Origin: Ramlibacter sp. | Lineage (GTDB): Bacteria; Pseudomonadota; Gammaproteobacteria; Burkholderiales; Burkholderiaceae_C | Assembly: GCA_028291885.1 (NCBI GenBank) | Contig: JAQGNJ010000300.1 | Span: 1-61,991 of the forward strand | DNA length: 61,991 nt | Direction: 5' to 3' | Shown here: piece by piece, positions 55,725-61,991 of the stretch | How the letters are laid out: each line of letters opens with the position of its first letter | Numbering within the stretch: position 1 is the first letter of the stretch | Notes under the pieces: generated by a model | What the model saw: the letters and a program-made list of their open reading frames with translations, nothing else | The model's database searches: none | What the model was told of the DNA's origin: nothing | Program-made: the position numbers and the translations under genes

Positions 55725-56423
55725 ATGACTGACCAGGTCCGCACTATTGACTACGGCTACTCGCCGGCGACGACGTCGGCCGAGGAGCGCAACAAGGTAT
55801 TGCGCAACACGTACTGGCTGCTCGCACTGAGCCTGGTGCCGACGGTGCTCGGCGCCTGGCTGGGCGTGGCCACCGGAATGACGCGCGCCCTGACCGGCGG
55901 CGTCGGCCTGATGGTGTTCCTGGCGGGCGCCTTCGGCTTCATGTTCGCGATCGAGAAGACCAAGAACTCCGCGGCCGGCGTTCCCGTGCTGCTGGCGTTC
56001 ACCTTCTTCATGGGCCTGATGCTGTCGCGGCTGATCGCGATGGTGCTGGGGTTCAAGAACGGCCCGAGCCTGGTCATGACGGCTTTCGGCGGCACCGCCG
56101 GCGTGTTCTTCGTGATGGCGAGCCTGTCCACCATCATCAAGCGGGACCTGTCCGGGATGGGCAAGTTCCTGTTCATCGGCGCACTGGCCATCCTGATCGG
56201 CGGCATCATCAACGTGTTCGTCGGCTCGACCACCGGCATGCTGGTGATCAGCGTGATGGCGATCGGCATCTTCAGCGCCTACATGCTGTACGACCTCAAG
56301 CGCATCATCGACGGCGGCGAGACCAACTACATCAGCGCCACGCTGGCCCTGTACCTGGACATCTTCAACGTGTTCCAGAGCCTGCTGGCGGTGCTGGGAC
56401 TGACAAGCGGCGACTCCGACTAA
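55725..56423 (+). CDS. yccA: Bax inhibitor-1/YccA family
   Basis: VLRNTY.LL, 7 TMs, GGETNYISATLALYLD. Confidence 0.93.
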   Translation: MTDQVRTIDYGYSPATTSAEERNKVLRNTYWLLALSLVPTVLGAWLGVATGMTRALTGGVGLMVFLAGAFGFMFAIEKTKNSAAGVPVLLAFTFFMGLMLSRLIAMVLGFKNGPSLVMTAFGGTAGVFFVMASLSTIIKRDLSGMGKFLFIGALAILIGGIINVFVGSTTGMLVISVMAIGIFSAYMLYDLKRIIDGGETNYISATLALYLDIFNVFQSLLAVLGLTSGDSD

Positions 56424-56474
56424 AGTTGCGCCGGCCGTTCGAAACGGCTGCGCAGCCCGTCGCGCCACGATCCG

Positions 56475-56501
56475 CCCCAGTCGCCGACTGGGGCTTTTTT
56501 T
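56475..56501 (+). terminator. Intrinsic terminator after yccA
   Basis: CCCCAGTC-GCC-GACTGGGG followed by a T-tract. Confidence 0.85.
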
Positions 56502-56521
56502 CGTCCGCGTAGACTCGCGAC

Positions 56522-57417
56522 ATGGCGAGCGCGACCGAGCCCATCGAGATCCGGCCCTTCGATCCGCAGACCGCCACCCGGGCGCAGTGGACGCCCTACC
56601 ACGCGTACCGCCGGCAGCGCGCGGCCGAGGAGTTCCCCGACGTGCCGCTGCTAGTGGACGCCGATTTCGAAAACGAAGCGCAACGGCAACTCCCGTTCAC
56701 GCAGAACCATCGCTTCGTCGCGCCGCGTGCCGGCGAGATCGTGGGCAATCTGATCCTTTCCGTGCGCCGCGCCGGCACGCCGGACTGCGAGGACTACGCA
56801 CCCTACGTGGACGTGTTCGGTGGCGTCCTCAAGCAGCACAGGCGCCGCGGCGTGGGCCGCGCGCTGTTCGCGCACCTGCACGATTTCATGGATGCGTCCG
56901 GGAAGTCGCTCGCCTCGATCAAGGTGCTGTTCCCCGACGGGCACGGCTTCGTCGCGGCCACCGGCGGGAAGCCGAAGTTTCGCAGCGTCGAAAACCATCT
57001 GGCGCTGGACGAGGCGCCCTGGACGCAGTTGCCTGTCTGGCGCGACCAGGTGGAGACCGCCCGCCTGCCGCTGCGCTGGGAGATCCATGTGCCGCGCGTT
57101 CCGCTCTCGCGCCTGGCGCAGCTCATGACGCCGTTCAGCCGCCTCATCAACGAACAGCCGCTGGGCGAGCGGGAGATGCCTCCCATCCGCTACGAGCTCG
57201 CGGGCTTCGAGTCGTGGTACCGCGAACTCGACGCGCACGGCGGCGAGCACTACCTGGTCCTGCTGAACGCCGGCGACGAAGTCGCGGCCGTGTGCGACGC
57301 GAATTGGGATGCGCGCGTGCCGCAGCGCGTGCACCAGTCGTTCACCGCGGTGGCTGCGCCCTGGCGCGGCGCGACGCCCTGGCCGCATTCCTGGGGTGCT
57401 CCGCCGCCCAACTTTGA
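56522..57417 (+). pseudogene. Tandem GNAT acetyltransferase, frameshifted or internally deleted near 57370
   Basis: HRRRGVGRAL first motif A; second breaks at TAVAAPWRG; another frame gives RDALAAFLGCSAAQL-stop. Confidence 0.65.
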
Positions 57418-57442
57418 ACGCCTGGACCCGCGGCCGGCTTTT

Positions 57443-58864
57443 TCATTCCAGCTCGAACACCGCGATCGATTCGACGTGCGCCGTGTGCGGGAACATGTTG
57501 ACCACTCCCGCGGCCGTGCAGCGATATCCCGCCTGGTGCACGAGCAGCCCGGCATCGCGGGCCAGCGTCGCCGGATTGCAGCTGACGTAGACGATGCGCT
57601 GCGGCGGCTGCCAGGCGGCCCCCAGTTCCGGCTGCTGGTGCAGGTCGGCCAGCGCCTTCGACAGGGCGAAGGCACCCTCGCGCGGCGGATCGACCAGCCA
57701 CTTCTGCGCCACACCGTCGCGCGTCAGCATCTCGGGCGTCATCTCGAACAGGTTGCGGGCGACGAACTCCGTCGGGCAGAGTTCCGGGCCGACACCGCCA
57801 CGGGCGCGATTGAGTTCGTAGTTCTGGCGCGAGCGGGCAACCAGCGCCTCGCTGCCCTCGATGCCGAGCACCTCGCGCGCGCGCGTCGCCAGCGGGAGCG
57901 AGAAATTGCCCAGGCCGCAGAACCAGTCGATCACCCGCTCGTCGTCACGCACGTCCAGCAGCCGCAGCGCGCGCGACACCAGCACCCGGTTGATGTGCGG
58001 ATTGACCTGGGTGAAGTCGGTCGGCATGAACGGCATGGTGATGCCGAATTCGGGCAAGGCGTAGGAAAGCCCGACCGCTCCTCCTGAGCCTGTCGAAGGG
58101 CCTTCGTCCAGCAGCTTCACCGTGTCCGGCCCCTTGGGCTGAAGCCACCATTGCACGCCGGGATGGTCGGCTGCGAACTGGCGCAGCTTGCCCAGGTCGC
58201 CTTCGCTCAGCGGCTCCAGGTGGCGCAGCACCAGCGCCGTGACGGCATCGCCGCAAGCCAGCTCGATCTGCGGGCAGGTTTCGATCGCGTCCATGGACCC
58301 GATCAGTGCCCGCAGCGGCAGCAGGAGGTCGCTGACGTGCTTGGGGACGACGTGGCATTCCTTGATGTCGGCGACGTAGCGGCTCTTGCGCTCGTGGAAG
58401 CCCACCAGCACCGCCTCCTTCTTGCGCACGTGGCGCACCGAGAAACGGGCGCGCCAGCGATAGCCCCAGGGCGGGCCCTCGATCGGGCGCAGGATGTTTT
58501 CCGCCTTCACCTTGCCCAGGTGCCAGAGGTTGTCCTCCAGCACCCGCTGCTTGATCGCCACCTGCGCGCCTTCGTGCAGGTGCTGCATCTTGCAGCCGCC
58601 GCAGGCGCCCTCGTGCAGGCCGAAATGCGGGCAGCGCGGACGCACCCGCTGCGACGACTCGCGATGGATCTCCGTGAGCGTCGCCTGCTCCCAGCTGTTC
58701 TTGCGGCGGTTGACCTTGGCGCTGACGATCTCGAACGGCAGCGCGCCCTCGATGAACACCACCTTGCCGTCGGGCCGCCTGGCCACACCTTGCGCGTCGA
58801 TGTCGAGCGCATCGACTTCCAGCCAGCCGTCGGGCAGCGTTTTCTTCACGATCTCTTCTGACAT
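57443..58864 (-). CDS. rlmD: 23S rRNA (uracil1939-C5)-methyltransferase
   Basis: TRAM domain, [37 protein letters not shown]. Confidence 0.96.
   Translation of the reverse strand: MSEEIVKKTLPDGWLEVDALDIDAQGVARRPDGKVVFIEGALPFEIVSAKVNRRKNSWEQATLTEIHRESSQRVRPRCPHFGLHEGACGGCKMQHLHEGAQVAIKQRVLEDNLWHLGKVKAENILRPIEGPPWGYRWRARFSVRHVRKKEAVLVGFHERKSRYVADIKECHVVPKHVSDLLLPLRALIGSMDAIETCPQIELACGDAVTALVLRHLEPLSEGDLGKLRQFAADHPGVQWWLQPKGPDTVKLLDEGPSTGSGGAVGLSYALPEFGITMPFMPTDFTQVNPHINRVLVSRALRLLDVRDDERVIDWFCGLGNFSLPLATRAREVLGIEGSEALVARSRQNYELNRARGGVGPELCPTEFVARNLFEMTPEMLTRDGVAQKWLVDPPREGAFALSKALADLHQQPELGAAWQPPQRIVYVSCNPATLARDAGLLVHQAGYRCTAAGVVNMFPHTAHVESIAVFELE
58075..58100. repeat. Half copy of the palindromic element inside rlmD
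   Basis: CCGCTCCTCCTGAGCCTGTCGAAGGG, read as PSTGSGGA in RlmD. Confidence 0.75.
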
Positions 58865-58913
58865 GCCGCGATTGTCTCAGGTGATACTGGCCCGCAAGCG
58901 CGAGGGGGAAACC

Positions 58914-59232
58914 ATGGAAATCCGCATCTGCATCGACGTCGACGACATGGAGCGGGCGATCGCCTTCTACACCCAGGGCCTGGGCCTGACGCAGGGCCGG
59001 CGGCTTGGCGGCGACTGGGCCGAGCTGCTCGGCGCCGGCAGCGCTATCGACCTGCTGGCGAACGCCGCCGGGACGGCGCCGCTCGGCGATTCGCATCCGC
59101 AGCGCCGCAGTTACGAGCGGCACTGGACACCGGTGCACCTGGACTTCGTCGTGACCGGGATCGACGCGGCTGCCGCGCGTCGACCTGCTCGAGTTCAGGG
59201 GCCGCGGCTACGACGAGATGCTGTCGCCCTGA
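58914..59232 (+). pseudogene. VOC/glyoxalase family, internal deletion with frameshift near 59178
   Basis: IDVDDMERAIAFY..HWTPVHLDFVV..IDAAAAR, then VDLLEFRGRGYDEML in a different frame; the typical middle segment appears missing. Confidence 0.75.
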
Positions 59233-59243
59233 AGCGTGCTCGG

Positions 59244-60041
59244 TCAGGCCCAGGCGGCGAGATATTCCTGCCAGTGCGGCTCCGTCGCCGCCAGCCCGGC
59301 GAGCGTCGACTTGACCATCGCGATCTCCTGCTCGTACTCGACGTCGGTGAAGCCGCAGCGCATCTTCTGGAAGCGGCAGTACAGCAGGTAGGTGTTCATC
59401 ACGTCGGTTTCGCAGTAGCGGCGGATCTCCTCGAGCTTGCCTTCGAGATACGCCGGGTACACCTGCGAGCCGTCCATGCCCAGCTTGCCCGGAAAGCCGC
59501 ACAGCTTGGCCATCGCGTCCAGCGGCGCATTGTTCTTGGGCTGGTACATCGCCAGCAGGTCCATCAGGTCCAGGTGGCGCATGTGATAGCGGCCGATGTA
59601 GTTGTTCCACTTGAACTCGCGGTCGTTTGCCCCGCCGCTCTCGCCCATGCACCAGTAGGTGTCCGCCGAGACGCCGTGGCGCAAACCGCGGTAATGCAGC
59701 ACCGGCAGGTCGAATCCGCCGCCGTTCCAGCTCACCAGCTGGGGCACGTGCTTGTCGACCGAGTTGAAGAAGTTCTGGATCACCTTGCCTTCGCTCGCGC
59801 CGTCGCGGTCGACGAAAGAATGCACGCGCAGGCCGTCGGCATTGCGGAACACGCAGCTGATCACCAGCACCCGCTGCAGGTACAGCGGCGTGAAGTCGCT
59901 CTGGCCGCGGTCCTTGCGCTCCTGCAGCCAGTCGGCGTAGACCTGGCCGTCGCTCGCGTCGGCAGGCGCGCCGCGCAGCGCGCGCAGGCCCGCAACATCG
60001 GGGATGGATTCGATATCGAAAACGAGAACAGGCCAGGACAT
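59244..60041 (-). CDS. PolB-like 3'-5' exonuclease
   Basis: FDIE, WNGGGFDLPVL, YCETDV (DEDDy). Confidence 0.92.
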   Translation of the reverse strand: MSWPVLVFDIESIPDVAGLRALRGAPADASDGQVYADWLQERKDRGQSDFTPLYLQRVLVISCVFRNADGLRVHSFVDRDGASEGKVIQNFFNSVDKHVPQLVSWNGGGFDLPVLHYRGLRHGVSADTYWCMGESGGANDREFKWNNYIGRYHMRHLDLMDLLAMYQPKNNAPLDAMAKLCGFPGKLGMDGSQVYPAYLEGKLEEIRRYCETDVMNTYLLYCRFQKMRCGFTDVEYEQEIAMVKSTLAGLAATEPHWQEYLAAWA

Positions 60042-60079
60042 TTGCGGCACTGTACCAGTGCCGCAAATGTCCTGGCCTG
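60029..60079. repeat. Perfect 24-bp inverted repeat with 3-nt loop
   Basis: CAGGCCAGGACATTTGCGGCACTG-TAC-CAGTGCCGCAAATGTCCTGGCCTG. Confidence 0.95.
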
Positions 60080-60170
60080 AAGGCCGTATCAGGAAGCGCG
60101 GCCCGCGGGGCCGCGCGCGAGGGGGCGATCAGCGATCGCAAGGGAGCGAGCGGCGATCAGCGAGCGGCGA

Positions 60171-61175
60171 TCAGAGCAAGGCTTCTTTGCTGATGCCGTT
60201 GCGCACCATGTGGCGCTTGAGTTTGAGGAGCGCCTCGTTCTGGATCTGGCGCACCCGCTCGCGCGTGAGGCCCAGCCTGTCGCTGAGCACTTCCAGGGTT
60301 TCGGGATCGCGGTCGTGCAGGCCGAAGCGGCCTTCCAGCACTTCCTTCTCGCGATTCGAGAGCGCGTCGATCCAGTTGTTCAACAGCCGCTCGACCTCGT
60401 GGTTCTGGGTGACGCCGGTCGGATCGATCGCCAGTTCGTCGGCCATCGAATCGCCCAGCGTGTGCTCGTCCTCCGAGCGGTCCAGGGCAGCGTCCAGAGA
60501 GCGCGGCGTCTCGGCCATCGCCAGCAGCGCCGCGACCTCGTGCACCTCGCGCCCGAGCAGCGCCGCCACGTCCTCCACGCGCACGCCCTCGCCTTCGAAG
60601 CCGTTGCGGGCGGCGGCGAACGCGGGGTCATTCTCCAGCGTGCGGCGCGCGCGCAGGACCTGCTGCAGCTCGCGCACCACGTGCACCGGCAAGCGGATCA
60701 CACGCCCCTGGTTCATCACCGCCCGCTCCACCGACTGGCGGATCCACCAGGTCGCGTAAGTGGAGAAACGAAAGCCCCGCTCCGGCTCGAACTTGTCGAT
60801 CGCGTGCATCAGGCCGAGGTTGCCTTCCTCGATCAGGTCCGACAGCGGCACGCCGCGCCCGAGGTAGCCCTTGGCGATGCTCACCACCAGCCGCAGGTTG
60901 TGCTCGATCATCGATTGCCGGGCCGCGAAATCGCCGGCGCGGGCTCGCGTCGCGGCGGCGAATTCTTCCTCGGGGGTGAACAGCTGCGTGCGGCGGACCT
61001 CGCGCAGGTACAGCGTCAGGGTGTCGCTCGACTCGCCGGCGATCTCCACCGGGATCTCGCGCGGGTTGGGCTCGGGGACTTCCTCGTCGTCGGGGACCAA
61101 CCCGCCCGCTGGCGCAAGCTCATTCTCATGCGCATCCGGAACTGCCTTGCCGCTGTGTCCGTTGCGCTTTTTCAT
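60171..61175 (-). CDS. rpoS: RNA polymerase sigma factor RpoS
   Basis: [45 protein letters not shown]; downstream of nlpD. Confidence 0.92.
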   Translation of the reverse strand: MKKRNGHSGKAVPDAHENELAPAGGLVPDDEEVPEPNPREIPVEIAGESSDTLTLYLREVRRTQLFTPEEEFAAATRARAGDFAARQSMIEHNLRLVVSIAKGYLGRGVPLSDLIEEGNLGLMHAIDKFEPERGFRFSTYATWWIRQSVERAVMNQGRVIRLPVHVVRELQQVLRARRTLENDPAFAAARNGFEGEGVRVEDVAALLGREVHEVAALLAMAETPRSLDAALDRSEDEHTLGDSMADELAIDPTGVTQNHEVERLLNNWIDALSNREKEVLEGRFGLHDRDPETLEVLSDRLGLTRERVRQIQNEALLKLKRHMVRNGISKEALL

Positions 61176-61177
61176 GG

Positions 61178-61576
61178 CTACCTCGGAAGGTACTTTGTTG
61201 GGTCGACCGGCTTGCCCTGCCTGCGGATCTCGAAGTGCAGCTTGACGCGATCCGCGTCGCTGTTGCCCATCTCGGCGATCTTCTGCCCCTTGCGCACCGC
61301 CTGGTCTTCCTTGACCAGCAGCGCCTGGTTGTGGGCATACGCCGTCAGGTAGGTGTTGTTGTGCTTGAGGATGATCAGGTTGCCGTAGCCGCGCAATCCG
61401 GCGCCGGCGTACACGACGCGCCCATCGGCGGAGGCGAGCACCGGGTCACCGGCCTTGCCGCCGATGTCCAGCCCCTTGTTGCGTGCTTCGTCGAAACCGG
61501 CGAGCACGGCAGGCGCGCCCGCAGTGGGCCAGGCCCAGGCCACGTCGTCGTCCGCGGCGTCCGTGGCGCGCGCGGC
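61178..61576 (-). CDS. nlpD: NlpD M23 domain; N-terminus (lipobox/LysM) not present
   Basis: [31 protein letters not shown]; no start in frame before the junction. Confidence 0.8.
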   Translation of the reverse strand, partial: AARATDAADDDVAWAWPTAGAPAVLAGFDEARNKGLDIGGKAGDPVLASADGRVVYAGAGLRGYGNLIILKHNNTYLTAYAHNQALLVKEDQAVRKGQKIAEMGNSDADRVKLHFEIRRQGKPVDPTKYLPR

Positions 61577-61991
61577 GCCGTCACGGCCGCGCCTGCGGCT
61601 GCTTCGACGGGGCCTGCTGCCGCCGGCGAGGAAGAAGTGTCGTGGCAGTGGCCCACCACCGGCGGTGCGCCGCTGCTGGCAGGCTTCGACGAGCAGAAGA
61701 ACAAGGGCCTGGACCTCGGCGGCAGGGCCGGCGACCCGGTGCTCGCGTCGGCCGACGGCCGCGTGGTCTACGCCGGTGCCGGCCTGCGCGGCTACGGCAA
61801 CCTGATCATCCTGAAGCACAACAACACCTTCCTCACCGCGTACGCGCACAATCAGACGCTGCTGGTCAAGGAAGAACAGACGGAGCGCACGGGCCAGAAG
61901 ATCGCGGAGATGGGTTCCACCGACTCGGACCGCGTGAAGCTGCATTTTGAAATCCGCCGGCAGGGCAAGCCGGTCGATCCCAGCAGGTACC
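61577..61991 (+). CDS. nlpD: Second, divergent NlpD M23-domain fragment in inverted orientation (partial)
   Basis: [50 protein letters not shown]; runs off the window. Confidence 0.8.

Noticed and set aside
56522-58087. 521-aa GNAT ORF and 528-aa ORF 58494..60080 as real long proteins
   Set aside because: Read-through of frameshifted genes into the antisense strands of rlmD and the exonuclease.
60120-60176. Short GCGAGCGGCGATCA tandem repeat after the rpoS stop
   Set aside because: Two to three degenerate copies without spacers; likely slippage.

Overview
GC-rich betaproteobacterial chromosome segment (Comamonadaceae-like; assignment inferred from gene order and protein sequences). From left to right it holds: the 5' part of a giant DUF4347/cadherin-repeat adhesin that runs off the left edge and is missing from the ORF track; aat-bpt(ate)-iclR; pbpG; two non-orthologous leuA genes under a leucine attenuator; pssA and ilvIHC; an ECF sigma/DUF3619/DUF3106/RDD cluster; dgkA, LOG, glnB-nadE; a nucleotidyltransferase pair; ygiQ; a MarR/monooxygenase operon; an island of small stress-type genes; gst and divergent ppa/hppA; tetR-hydrolase-ALDH-SDR; moaA-mobA-moeA; a Fur-type iron cluster (TBDR-piuC-bfr-bfd-tonB-exbBD-hemP); yccA, rlmD, a 3'-5' exonuclease, rpoS and two head-to-head nlpD M23 fragments. 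No rRNA, tRNA, CRISPR array or transposase was seen. The main non-obvious signals are: (1) a recurrent promoter architecture, TCCTAC(A/G)-N20-22-(-10), upstream of about 7 small stress-type genes; (2) a palindromic repeat that occurs between genes and is also inserted in frame in moeA and rlmD; (3) a perfect 24-bp inverted repeat covering the -10 and start codon of the exonuclease downstream of rpoS; (4) about 11 leaderless-type promoters; (5) deletion pseudogenes and a probable chimeric inverted nlpD junction.
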